This document shows, piece after piece, positions 9,439 to 18,776 of a stretch of DNA of 64,000 bases. The stretch lies in assembly GCA_963778805.1 (NCBI GenBank), contig CAVZVT010000005.1, positions 293,838-357,837 on the forward strand. Reading direction: 5' to 3'. The number at the start of each line of letters is the position of its first letter. Positions within the stretch are counted from its first letter, which is position 1. The position numbers were made by a program, and so were the translations under genes. The stretch is from an uncultured Chloroflexia bacterium (lineage in GTDB: Bacteria; Chloroflexota; Limnocylindria; Limnocylindrales; CSP1-4). The notes under the pieces were generated by a model, which was not told the origin of the DNA, ran no database searches, and saw only the letters and a list, made by a program, of their open reading frames with translations.

Positions 9439-11179
9439 GTGGTTCCTCCTACGGGTCTGCACCCAGATCGAATCCTGGTGTCGTCGCTGACCCCGCCTCG
9501 GCGGTGCCCCGACATCGTACGTGATGGGCTAGCGTGCGCGCCCGAGCCCGAGCCGAGCCCGAGCCCGAGCTCCGCCGTCGAGAACGCCTCGAGCAGGAAC
9601 GGGGACGGGGTCGCCGGGTCGTAGAGGATCGTCAGCGATCGGCGCGCCCGGGTCCACGCGACGTAGGCCAGTCGGCGCTCCTCTTCGTAGGCTCGCGCGG
9701 GGTCTGCGGCGCCCTCCACGGCCTTGGCGCTCGGGAACCTCGCCGATTCCATCCCGAGGATGATCACGTGGTCGAATTCGAGGCCCTTGGTCGCGTGGGC
9801 GGTCGACAGGGTCAGCGGCGCATCGTCACGTCGAAGCTCCGCGAGTCGCGCTCGAGCCGCCACAACGGCCGCGGTGAACGTGGCGAGGTCGGGGTAGGGA
9901 GGTGCCCACGCAAGCAGGGCCGCCGCGGCAGCGGCTTCTGCCGGATCCGTGGCGTCGCCGCGCAAGCGCCCGAGCGTGACGAGCAACGGCTCCCCGGCGG
10001 CGGCGAGCGCGGCCAGCTCGGCGGCCCGTGCCAGCAGGCCATCCAGATGCGGATCCTCCAGCGGCAGCTCGATCCTGGCGGCACGAAAGGGCAGCCCCTC
10101 GGCCAACGCCACGACCACGGCCGGGATCAGTTCACGGTTCGTCCTGGCCAGGACGGCCCGGGTGGAGTCGTCGGTCGGCCAGGTCCGCATCGCGCGCTCG
10201 AGCCGGACCGGATCGTCGGCCGCATCCGGCGCCAGGGTGAGCGAGCCGGGCGCCTCATCGCGCGCCCGGATCCGCTTCGCGAAGCGTTCCCCGTTGTGCT
10301 CGACCAGTCGGACCGCGCGTTCGACGACCGCCCGCGGACATCGGTAGTTGACCTCCAGGTCGATCCGGCGGAGACCCGGCAATGACGCATCGAGACGCAG
10401 GACCCGTCGGACGTCGGCCAGCCGCCAGCCATAGATCGACTGGTCGTCGTCACCGACCAGCAGGATCCGGTTCGCCGGTGCCGCGAGCAGCAGCGCCAAC
10501 CGAAGTTGCGCGCGATCGACGTCCTGGACTTCGTCCACCAGCAGATGCGCGCACCGATCGCGCCATCGAGCGAGCAGATCCGGCCGGTCCTGGAGCAACC
10601 GCGATCGCGCGAAGGATGAGGTCATCGAAGTCGACGCCACCCGCCTCCTCGACGGCCGCCTGATAGGCCACGAACATCCGCGCGATCGGACCCGGCCTCC
10701 GGATCGGCGGCGACCTGTGCCGCGGTCACACCCAGCTCGACCTTCAGGCGGGAGATCGCCCCGTCGAACTCGAGGCGGGCGGCGTCATCGGCGTCGGGCC
10801 GGATCCGGCGAAGGATGGCGTCCCGGTCCACGAGATCCACGGCGTCGCCCGCGTCGCGCAGGATCTCGAGCCCGAGCGCGTGGAAGGTCCGGACCCGCGC
10901 GGCGCCGGCTTCGATGCCGAGCGGCGCAAGAGCCGCGTCCAGCCGTTCCGCGAGCTCCACGGCCGCCCGTCGATTGAACGTGATCGCCGCGATCGAGTCG
11001 GCCGCCACGCCGCCCGCGCCGCCCGCCACCAGCCACGCGATCCGGGCGACGAGGGTCGTGGTCTTGCCGCTCCCCGCCGGCGCCACGACCAGCACCGGCC
11101 CCGGCTCAGCAGTCGCCGCCGCACGCTGATCCGGCGCAAGGCGCGCGAGCCGCTCGACGACCGACGGGTGAAGGTCCAC
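9384..11179 (-). pseudogene. UvrD/PcrA-family DNA helicase (short form), interrupted by two +1 frameshifts within ~80 bp (near 10690 and 10590)
   Basis: Three consecutive reading frames carry the helicase. N-terminal frame: Walker A VVAPAGSGKTTTL. Middle frame: MFVAYQAAVEEAGGVDFDDLILRAI. Third frame: motif II HLLVDEVQDVD, QSIYGWR, VNYRCP, and motif VI VAWTRARRSLTI at the C-terminus. Confidence 0.8.
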
Positions 11180-11203
11180 CGACGCAGCATGCCGACCGCC
11201 ACG

Positions 11204-11254
11204 TACCTGCGGATCACCGCCTACCTGCCGATCACCAAATACCTGCCGATCACC
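11204..11254. promoter_or_regulatory. three tandem direct repeats TACCTGC[G/C]GATCACC with 18-bp phasing, in the 100-bp divergent intergenic region between the helicase gene and uvrC
   Basis: Exact sequence TACCTGCGGATCACC-gcc-TACCTGCCGATCACC-aaa-TACCTGCCGATCACC. It sits ~25 bp from each flanking start codon. Confidence 0.4.
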
Positions 11255-11278
11255 CCGACCGCACTAGACTGGAGATGC

Positions 11279-13129
11279 ATGACCCCGGACCTCGAAGCCA
11301 CGCTCAAACGACTCCCGGATCGGCCGGGCGTCTACCTCATGAAGGACGAGCGCGGCGACGTCGTCTATGTCGGCAAGGCGCAGAGCCTGCGCAGCCGCGT
11401 CCGGTCGTACTGGCAGAAGGCGACGCCCGCCGGCGAGATCCACCGGATCCGCAGCGTCATCGATCGCGTGGCCGAAGTCGAGTACACGATCACCGATTCC
11501 GTCTCCGAGGCACTCCTCCTCGAGGCCAACCTCGTCAAGCGCTACAAGCCGCGGTTCAACGTCCGACTCAAGGACGACAAGAGCTACCCGTACATCAAGA
11601 TCACGCTCGGCGACGACTTCCCCCGCGTCGAACGGACCCGCAAGCTCCCGACCGACGGGAGCCGCTACTTCGGTCCGTACGCGTCGGCGGTGAGCGTCGA
11701 CGAATCGATGAACCTGGTCCGTCGCCTGTTCCCGTTCCGGACCTGCACCATCGATATCAAGGACGGCGAGCGCGCCCTCCAGCGGCCCTGTCTCCTGTAT
11801 CACATCAAGAAGTGCCAGGGCCCCTGCATCGAGGCGATCTCCAAGGACGCGTATCGCGAGGACATCGCGCAGGTGGAGCTCTTCCTCGAGGGTCGGCAGG
11901 AGACCCTGGTCAAGGCCCTCCACCGCGAGATGGCGATCGCCGCCGAACGGGAGGAGTACGAGCGAGCCGCCGGTCTCCGCGACAAGATCCGCGCCATCGA
12001 GCGGACCATGGAGAGCCAGAAGATGGCCGCGTTCGCGAAGCGCGAGCTCGACATGATCGGTCTGGCGCGGCAGGACAACCAGGCGGCCGTCCAGCTCTTC
12101 GCGATCCGCGACGGGAAGATGGTCGGCCGCGACGTGTTCCTCCTCGATGCCGCGCGCGACGCCTCCGACGAGGAGGTCCTCGCGAGCTTCCTCGAGCAGT
12201 ACTACGCCCGGGCCACGTCGATCCCGCGCGAGGTCTATCTCCCGCGCGTCGCCGAGGACGTCGCGGACATCGAGGCATTCCTCGCGGATCGTCGAGGCGG
12301 CCCGGTCCATCTCAAGACGGCGCAACGCGGCGAGAAGCGCGGATTGCTGGAGTTGGCGACCCGCAACGCCACCGAAACGCTCGCGCGCGAGCAGGCCCGC
12401 TGGCTCGTCGACCAGGGCAAGACGCTCGCGGCGCTCGAGGAGCTCGCCGCCGCCCTCGGCCTGCCCGGCCCGCCGTCCCGCATCGAGTGCTACGACATCA
12501 GCAACTTCCAGGGCAGCGAATCGGTCGGGAGCATGGTCGTCTTCGAGGACGGCAAGCCGAGGAGCGGGGAGTACCGGCGGTTCCGCATCAAGACCGTCGA
12601 GGGCCCCAACGACTTCGCGAGTCACCAGGAGGTGCTCCGCCGTCGGTTCCGCACGACCAAGCCCGGACAGGAGGGGAGCGAGGAGGAGCGCCGCTGGGCG
12701 ATGCCGGACCTCGTGATCATCGATGGTGGCAAGGGCCAGGTCAGCGCCGCCAAGGAGGTCCTCGACGAACTCGGTCTTCACGACCTCCCGATGGCCGGTC
12801 TCGCCAAGGAACGCGAGGAGTTGTTCCTGCCCGGTCAGCTGGAGCCGGTCGTCCTGCCCGCCACGTCACCGGCGCTCTACCTCGTCCAGCGCCTCCGCGA
12901 CGAGGCGCATCGGTTCGCCATCACGTACCACCGCGACCTGCGCGCCAAGCGCCAGGTCCGCTCGCAGTTCGACGACCTCCCGGGCGTCGGCCCGAAGCGC
13001 AAGCGCGAGCTGCTCAAGGTCTTCGGCTCGATCAAGCGCGTCCGTGACGCGCCCGTCGAACAGATCGCCGCGGTCCCCGGCATCGGCCGAGCCCTGGCCG
13101 AACGCATCAAGGCCACCCTCGAGGCATAG
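11279..13129 (+). CDS. uvrC: excinuclease ABC subunit C (UvrC)
   Basis: GIY-YIG N-terminus (PGVYLMKDERGDVVYVGKA), UvrBC domain, C-terminal RNase H-like and HhH domains (LPGVGPKRKRELLKVFGS). GGAG RBS 5 nt upstream of ATG 11279. Confidence 0.95.
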   Translation: MTPDLEATLKRLPDRPGVYLMKDERGDVVYVGKAQSLRSRVRSYWQKATPAGEIHRIRSVIDRVAEVEYTITDSVSEALLLEANLVKRYKPRFNVRLKDDKSYPYIKITLGDDFPRVERTRKLPTDGSRYFGPYASAVSVDESMNLVRRLFPFRTCTIDIKDGERALQRPCLLYHIKKCQGPCIEAISKDAYREDIAQVELFLEGRQETLVKALHREMAIAAEREEYERAAGLRDKIRAIERTMESQKMAAFAKRELDMIGLARQDNQAAVQLFAIRDGKMVGRDVFLLDAARDASDEEVLASFLEQYYARATSIPREVYLPRVAEDVADIEAFLADRRGGPVHLKTAQRGEKRGLLELATRNATETLAREQARWLVDQGKTLAALEELAAALGLPGPPSRIECYDISNFQGSESVGSMVVFEDGKPRSGEYRRFRIKTVEGPNDFASHQEVLRRRFRTTKPGQEGSEEERRWAMPDLVIIDGGKGQVSAAKEVLDELGLHDLPMAGLAKEREELFLPGQLEPVVLPATSPALYLVQRLRDEAHRFAITYHRDLRAKRQVRSQFDDLPGVGPKRKRELLKVFGSIKRVRDAPVEQIAAVPGIGRALAERIKATLEA

Positions 13130-13180
13130 GCCGGCCGACTGGCGGCGTCCCGGGGTGGTTCCGTGTAACATCCCGCCTCG

Positions 13181-14536
13181 ATGCGCAGAGCCGGTCCGAT
13201 CCTCATCGTCCTCATCGGCGTCGCCGCCCTCATCGTCAACTTCTTCCCGGGTCTCAAGGTGCCTGACAGCACGAGCGCCACGGGAAGTCGTCCGATCGAA
13301 ACGAAGCTGGGCCTCGACCTGTCCGGTGGTCTGCGCGTCGAATACCAGGCGCAGCCCGTCGAAGGCAAGTCGCCGTCGCCCGCGGACATGGCGATCATCA
13401 AGGAGATCATCGAGCGCCGCGTGAACGGGACCGGCGTGTCCGAGCCGGTCGTCACGACGCAGGGTTCCGACCGCGTGGTCGTCGAGCTCCCCGGGGTCAC
13501 CGATCCGGACAGCGTCCGCCAGCTGGTCGGCCAGACCGGTCGCCTGGACTTCGTGCCGCTGGGTTCGACCCAGGTGCAGGAGGGCCAGGTCCTCGACCTC
13601 AAGGCCTTCCCACCGCTCTTCAGTGGCGACCAGGTCCAGTCGGCCTCCCTCGGGCAAGGCCAGCAGGGTGGCCTGACGGTCGATTTCGTCCTCAAGGGCG
13701 ACGGCTCGAACCTCTTCGCCGACTACACCGCCAAGCACATCGGCGAGTTCTTCGCGATCACCCTCGACGGCTCGGTCATCTCGGCGCCCGTCATCAAGAG
13801 CTCCATCCCCAACGGCCAGGTCCAGATCGAGTCGGGCGGGCTCGGCGGCTTCCCGACCAAGGAGGCCAACAACCTCGTCACGATCCTGAAGTTCGGTTCG
13901 CTGCCGTTCCCGATCAAGGAGATCTCGAGCGAGCAGATCAGCGCGACCCTCGGCGACAAGTTCCTCAACCAGAGCCTCCTGGCTGGTGCGCTGGGGATCC
14001 TGCTCGTCATCGCGTTCATGCTGCTGTACTACCGGGCGATCGGGCTGATCGCGAGCTTCGCGCTCGTCTACTACACCCTCGTGGTGTTCGCGATCTTCCG
14101 GCTCATCCCGGTGACGTTGACGCTGGCCGGCATCGCGGGCTTCGTGCTCTCGGTGGGCATGGCGGTCGACGCCAACATCCTGATCTTCGAGCGGATGAAG
14201 GAGGAGCTGCGGCTCGGCAAGACCCTGCCGGCGGCGGTCGAGGCGGGCTTCAACCGGGCCTGGAACTCCATCCTCGACTCCAACGTGTCGAGCCTGATCA
14301 CGGCCACGATCCTGTATACGTTCGGCTCGTCGACGATCCGTGGGTTCGCCCTCGTGCTCATCATCGGCGTGCTCGTCTCGATGTTCAGCGCGATCGTCGT
14401 CACCCGCTCGATCATGCGCGTCATGGTCCGGCAGAGCTGGGCGCGGAAGCCCGCGCTGTACGGCCTCCGCGAGGACGAGTTCCAGGCACGCAACCCCGTC
14501 CGCCCGACGCGCCGCGAGGTCGTCGAGCGTGTTTGA
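13181..14536 (+). CDS. secD: protein translocase subunit SecD
   Basis: N-terminal TM, large periplasmic domain, C-terminal 6-TM SecD/F domain (LDLSGGLRVEY...; GSLPFPIKEISSEQISATLG). Confidence 0.9.
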   Translation: MRRAGPILIVLIGVAALIVNFFPGLKVPDSTSATGSRPIETKLGLDLSGGLRVEYQAQPVEGKSPSPADMAIIKEIIERRVNGTGVSEPVVTTQGSDRVVVELPGVTDPDSVRQLVGQTGRLDFVPLGSTQVQEGQVLDLKAFPPLFSGDQVQSASLGQGQQGGLTVDFVLKGDGSNLFADYTAKHIGEFFAITLDGSVISAPVIKSSIPNGQVQIESGGLGGFPTKEANNLVTILKFGSLPFPIKEISSEQISATLGDKFLNQSLLAGALGILLVIAFMLLYYRAIGLIASFALVYYTLVVFAIFRLIPVTLTLAGIAGFVLSVGMAVDANILIFERMKEELRLGKTLPAAVEAGFNRAWNSILDSNVSSLITATILYTFGSSTIRGFALVLIIGVLVSMFSAIVVTRSIMRVMVRQSWARKPALYGLREDEFQARNPVRPTRREVVERV

Positions 14537-15677
14537 CATCATCGGGAAGCGGAAGTGGTTCTATCTCGTCTCGCTGATCATCACGATCCCCGGCCTCTTC
14601 TTCATCCTGCTGACGCCGTTCACCCAGTACGGCCTCCAGTTCACGATCGACTACACGGGTGGCACGAAGTGGGAGGTCCGCTTCGAGGACCCCAACGTGA
14701 CGCCCGAGCAGGTCGAGGCGGTCTTCGCCGCGCAGGGCCTGGCGGCGTCCGCGGTATCCACCGGCTCTGGGTTCATCGAGATCAAGACCGTCCCGATCGG
14801 ACTCGTCGAGCAGGAGGCCACGCCGACCCCGGTCGCGACGCTGGCACCTGACGCATCGGCGGGTGCGTCGGCGGGGCGCGTCTCGGCTTCGGCTGGGGCG
14901 TCGGCAGCCCCGTCGGCGGCACCGAGCGCGAGTCCCAGCGCCGAACCAAGCGGCTCACCCTCGCCCTCCGGATCACCGGCCCCGGCGGCCGGGACCGGCG
15001 AGCTGCCGACGACCGGCAAGCTCGGCGAGGTCCGTGTCGCCCTCGAGGCGGAACTCGGCAAGATCGTGGCGCAGAACAGCCTCACGACCATCGGCCCGGT
15101 GGTCAGCGCCGATCTCATCGGTCAGGCACTCATCCTGATCCTGGTCGGGTCCATCGGGATCCTGATGTGGATCACGTACCGGTTCCGCGACGTGAAGATG
15201 GGCGTGACGGCGCTCGTGTCCCTGTTCCATGACGTCATCGTCGTCGTCGGTGTCTTCGCGATCCTCGGGACGTTCTTCGGGGTGGAGATCGACGCGCTGT
15301 TCGTGACCGCGATGCTCACCGTCATCGGTTTCAGCGTGCACGACACCATCGTGGTCTTCGACCGCGTCCGGGAGAACAAGGCACGACATGCCGGCGAGCC
15401 GTTCCCCGACATCGTCAACCATTCCATCCTGCAGACGTTCGGTCGCTCGATCACCACGAGCCTGACCGTCGTGCTGACGCTGCTCGCGCTGCTCCTGTTC
15501 GGTGGCTCGGCGATCAGCGAGTTCATCCTGACGCTGCTCATCGGCATCATCTCGGGGACGTACTCGTCGATCTTCGTCGCCAGCCTGCTGCTCGTGGACT
15601 GGCAGATGCGCGAGGACCGACGCCGTGGCCGCGTGGCCGCCACGCGTGCGCCCCGGGCCCGCCGGTCGGCTTCCTGA
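14529..15677 (+). CDS. secF: protein translocase subunit SecF, carrying an Ala/Pro/Ser-rich low-complexity insertion in the periplasmic loop
   Basis: GTG start overlaps the secD stop by 8 nt. IIGKRKWFYLVSLIITIPGLFF and the C-terminal SecF TM bundle are present. The insert is ~70 aa (ASAGASAGRVSASAGASAAPSAAPSASPSAEPSGSPSPSG). Confidence 0.9.
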   Translation: MFDIIGKRKWFYLVSLIITIPGLFFILLTPFTQYGLQFTIDYTGGTKWEVRFEDPNVTPEQVEAVFAAQGLAASAVSTGSGFIEIKTVPIGLVEQEATPTPVATLAPDASAGASAGRVSASAGASAAPSAAPSASPSAEPSGSPSPSGSPAPAAGTGELPTTGKLGEVRVALEAELGKIVAQNSLTTIGPVVSADLIGQALILILVGSIGILMWITYRFRDVKMGVTALVSLFHDVIVVVGVFAILGTFFGVEIDALFVTAMLTVIGFSVHDTIVVFDRVRENKARHAGEPFPDIVNHSILQTFGRSITTSLTVVLTLLALLLFGGSAISEFILTLLIGIISGTYSSIFVASLLLVDWQMREDRRRGRVAATRAPRARRSAS

Positions 15678-15844
15678 TCCCCGGCCGGCAAGGGGCCGAA
15701 CAACCCGCGGTGCAGCCCGTCGTGGCATCCTGATGGACGTGATCGAGCCGCGCTTCCGCTGGGTGTTTCCGGCACCGGTGGACGTCCCGGCCGACCTCCT
15801 GGCCGCCGCCAGCCACGCGCGGGCTCTCCGAGCGGTTCACGCGG

Positions 15845-17515
15845 GTGCTCGTCGCTCGCGGCGTTTCCGATGTCGCGTCGCTCGACGCCTGGTTCGCGGA
15901 CCCGCTGGACGCGCTCCACGACCCGATGCTGCTGCCCGACATCGACCGTCTGCTGGCCCGACTGACGTCGGCGCGCGATCTCGGCGAGCGCGTGATGGTG
16001 TTCGGCGACTTCGATGCGGACGGGCTGACCGGGCTGTCGATCCTGGTGCTGGCGCTGCGTCGGTTCGGGTCGCTGGTGGATCCGTACGTGCCGAGTCGAC
16101 TCGATGAGGGGCACGGTCTCTCGATGGCGGCCATCGAAGCCGCCGTTGCGTCCGGCACGAAGGTGATCGTGACCGTGGACTGCGGGACGACGAGCCACGT
16201 CGAGATCGCGGCGGCCGCCGAGCGAGGCATCGACGTCATCGTCACCGACCACCATCGCGTCCCGCCGACGCTGCCGCCCGCCATCGCGGTCGTCAATCCG
16301 CATCGAGCCGACTCGCGCTACCCGGACCCGCGTCTCGCGGGGAGTGGCGTGGCCTTCAAGGTCGCACAGGCCCTGCTCGCGGATCTTCCCGGCGGACCGG
16401 CCGCGGCGCTCGGTCTGGCCGACCTGGCGACGATCGGGACCGTCGCGGATGTCGCACCGGTCATCGGCGAGAACCGGGCGATCGCGCGGATCGGGCTCGA
16501 GCGGCTCCGTCGCGGCCCACGGCCGGGGATCGCCGCCCTGTTGACCCGGGCTCGTGTCGACCCAGCGGTCGCGGACCTCGAGACCGTGTCCTTCGCCATC
16601 GCGCCGCGGCTGAATGCGGCCGGGCGGATGGGCGAGGCGATCGAGGCGGCGAGACTCCTGCTGGCCGAGACGGCCGAGGAGGCCGATCGCCACGCCGATG
16701 CCCTCGAGACGGCCAATCTCGAACGTCGTGACCTGATGAAGCGCAGCGTCACCGAGGCCCGCGCGTTGTTCGATGCCACGGAGACCGCCTCGGCGACCAT
16801 CGTCAAGGGGCCGTGGAGTGTCGGGATCGTCGGTCTGATCGCCGCGCGTCTGGCGGAAGACTTCAGTCGGCCGGCCGTGGTCGGCGCGGAGATCGGCGAC
16901 ACCGTGCGCGCCTCGTGCCGGAGCGACGGATCGCTGGACCTGGGCGCCACCCTCGAGCAGTGCGGCGACCTGTTCACGCGGTTCGGCGGTCACGCCGGCG
17001 CGGCCGGGTTCGAGCTGCCAGCGACCAGCTGGGACGCCTTTCGCGACCGGTTCCTGGGGCTCGCCGAGCACGCGGCACCGCGGGACCCTCGGGCCCCGCT
17101 CGCCATCGACCTTGCCGTCCCGGCGCTCGGTGTCGACTACGCGCTCCTGCGCGAGCTCGGCGGTCTCGCCCCGTGCGGACCGGGCAATCCGGAACCGATG
17201 GTCGCGGTCCTCGGGCTGACCGTGACCCGGGTTCGCGCCGCGAACGGTGGCCACAGCCAACTCACGCTTCGTCGCGATCGCGACGTCCTCGATGGCATCG
17301 CGTTCGGGCGGGCCGATCTCGCCGAGACGGTCCACGAGGGCGATCGCGTCGATGTGGTCGCGCGGCTCGTCAGCCGGACGTTCGGCGGCTTCGAGACGCT
17401 CCAGCTCGAGATCCGCGATGTCGCGAGCGCCGGTCTCCACGAGGAGCGCGCACGCGCCGCCGCCGACCCGGCCCCGGCCGTCGCATCCGACGCGCTTGTC
17501 GGGGCGGTCGCATGA
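15845..17515 (+). CDS. recJ: single-stranded-DNA-specific exonuclease RecJ; an N-terminal extension may exist in another frame (ATG 15733)
   Basis: DHH motifs (VFGDFDADGLTG, DHH at TDHHRVP), DHHA1 domain, C-terminal OB fold. Upstream frame encodes RWVFPAPVDVPADLLAAA, so a frame change near 15815 is plausible. Confidence 0.85.
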   Translation: MLVARGVSDVASLDAWFADPLDALHDPMLLPDIDRLLARLTSARDLGERVMVFGDFDADGLTGLSILVLALRRFGSLVDPYVPSRLDEGHGLSMAAIEAAVASGTKVIVTVDCGTTSHVEIAAAAERGIDVIVTDHHRVPPTLPPAIAVVNPHRADSRYPDPRLAGSGVAFKVAQALLADLPGGPAAALGLADLATIGTVADVAPVIGENRAIARIGLERLRRGPRPGIAALLTRARVDPAVADLETVSFAIAPRLNAAGRMGEAIEAARLLLAETAEEADRHADALETANLERRDLMKRSVTEARALFDATETASATIVKGPWSVGIVGLIAARLAEDFSRPAVVGAEIGDTVRASCRSDGSLDLGATLEQCGDLFTRFGGHAGAAGFELPATSWDAFRDRFLGLAEHAAPRDPRAPLAIDLAVPALGVDYALLRELGGLAPCGPGNPEPMVAVLGLTVTRVRAANGGHSQLTLRRDRDVLDGIAFGRADLAETVHEGDRVDVVARLVSRTFGGFETLQLEIRDVASAGLHEERARAAADPAPAVASDALVGAVA

Positions 17516-18768
17516 CCCGATCGACCGCCCGTCCGCCGCGCGCCTCGGATCCGTACGGCGTCGGCCCGGTTCGTGGGTACGTCGCGCCGGTCCTGGCCAT
17601 CGTCGGCCTGCTCGTCATCGCGTTCTTCACGATCAGCCTGCTCAACGGCGACGTGCCGTTCGTCGGCGGCCCCAAGGCGTCGAGCGGACCCGGCGGCGAC
17701 AACGGCGGCGGGCTCATCGATTCGGGAGCCACGCCCGCGCCATCGAACGTCGTGATCGTCGAACCCGATGCCGCGTTCAAGGGTTCGATCGTCTACGCGA
17801 AGGCCGGGAACATCTGGATCCAGTCGGGCAAGGACGTCCATCAGTTGACCGCGAGCGGCGGCGACTCGATGCCGTCCTGGTCGCCCGACGGCCAGTACGT
17901 CTACTACATCCGGACCAAGGAAGACCAGAAGGGGTTCTGGCCGACCCGTGGCGGACCGACCCACTACCTCCTCGAGATCCCGGACCTCATGCGGGTCAAG
18001 GCCGACGGCAGCGCCGATCCGGAGCGCCTCGCCACCGGCAAGATCAAGAAGGGTCGCTACACGTGGTCGTACTGGATGCGCCAACCGGTCATGTCGCCTG
18101 ACGACAAGACGATCGCGCTCATCACCGATGCTCCCAACCCCGACGACAGCAACGTCGTGCTCCAGTTCTTTGATCCAGCGACGGGCAAGATCAAGCCGGC
18201 TGGCGTCGGCGCCACGGGGTTGCTCGGTCATCAGGACCCGGAGTGGCGTCCGGATGGCAAGTACCTGCTGTACGTCAAGAACGGTCGCGACGGCGCCAAC
18301 GGCAAGCCGATCATCGCGCGCCTCGATCCGGCCACCGGGAAGACGAAGGCGCTGACGTCATCCGGGTACGTCGGGCCGTCCTACTCACCCGACGGCAGGT
18401 ACATCGCCGCCACGCGGACCTCGAACCTCGGGACCGACGTGGTGATCCTCGACGCGTCGACCGGGCAGGAGCTGATGCGGATCACGAACGACGGCTCGTC
18501 GTTCTCGCCCTCCTGGTCGCCGCTCGGTGATGGCATCGCGTACCTGCACCTGGACGGCCAGACGGTCGACCTCCGACTCGCCCAGCTCGATGGAGCGGCG
18601 CCGGACTGGACGGTCAAGGACACGACCGCCCTGACCGAGGTCTCCGGTCTCGACGCCAACTCCCGACCCGACTGGTTCATCCCGGCTTCGGACCTGCCGA
18701 CGCCCACCCCTGCGCCGACGCCCGAACCGACACCGTCGGCGGCACCGAGCGCCAGCACCGCTCCCTGA
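17512..18768 (+). CDS. TolB-like periplasmic protein with PD40/WD40-like beta-propeller repeats, N-terminal TM anchor and Pro/Thr-rich C-terminal tail
   Basis: Repeated SWSPDG / YSPDG / SWSPLG PD40 motifs. N-terminal TM VAPVLAIVGLLVIAFFTISLL. Start ATG overlaps the recJ stop (ATGA). Confidence 0.75.
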   Translation: MTRSTARPPRASDPYGVGPVRGYVAPVLAIVGLLVIAFFTISLLNGDVPFVGGPKASSGPGGDNGGGLIDSGATPAPSNVVIVEPDAAFKGSIVYAKAGNIWIQSGKDVHQLTASGGDSMPSWSPDGQYVYYIRTKEDQKGFWPTRGGPTHYLLEIPDLMRVKADGSADPERLATGKIKKGRYTWSYWMRQPVMSPDDKTIALITDAPNPDDSNVVLQFFDPATGKIKPAGVGATGLLGHQDPEWRPDGKYLLYVKNGRDGANGKPIIARLDPATGKTKALTSSGYVGPSYSPDGRYIAATRTSNLGTDVVILDASTGQELMRITNDGSSFSPSWSPLGDGIAYLHLDGQTVDLRLAQLDGAAPDWTVKDTTALTEVSGLDANSRPDWFIPASDLPTPTPAPTPEPTPSAAPSASTAP

Positions 18769-18776
18769 GCGACCTG

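Noticed and set aside
11204-11275. N-terminal extension of uvrC from the upstream in-frame ORF start (10880) through the direct repeats
   Set aside because: ATG 11279 has a GGAG RBS at the right distance and yields the canonical GIY-YIG N-terminus. The extension would translate the repeats (YLRITAYLPITKYLPIT) and overlap the divergent helicase gene.
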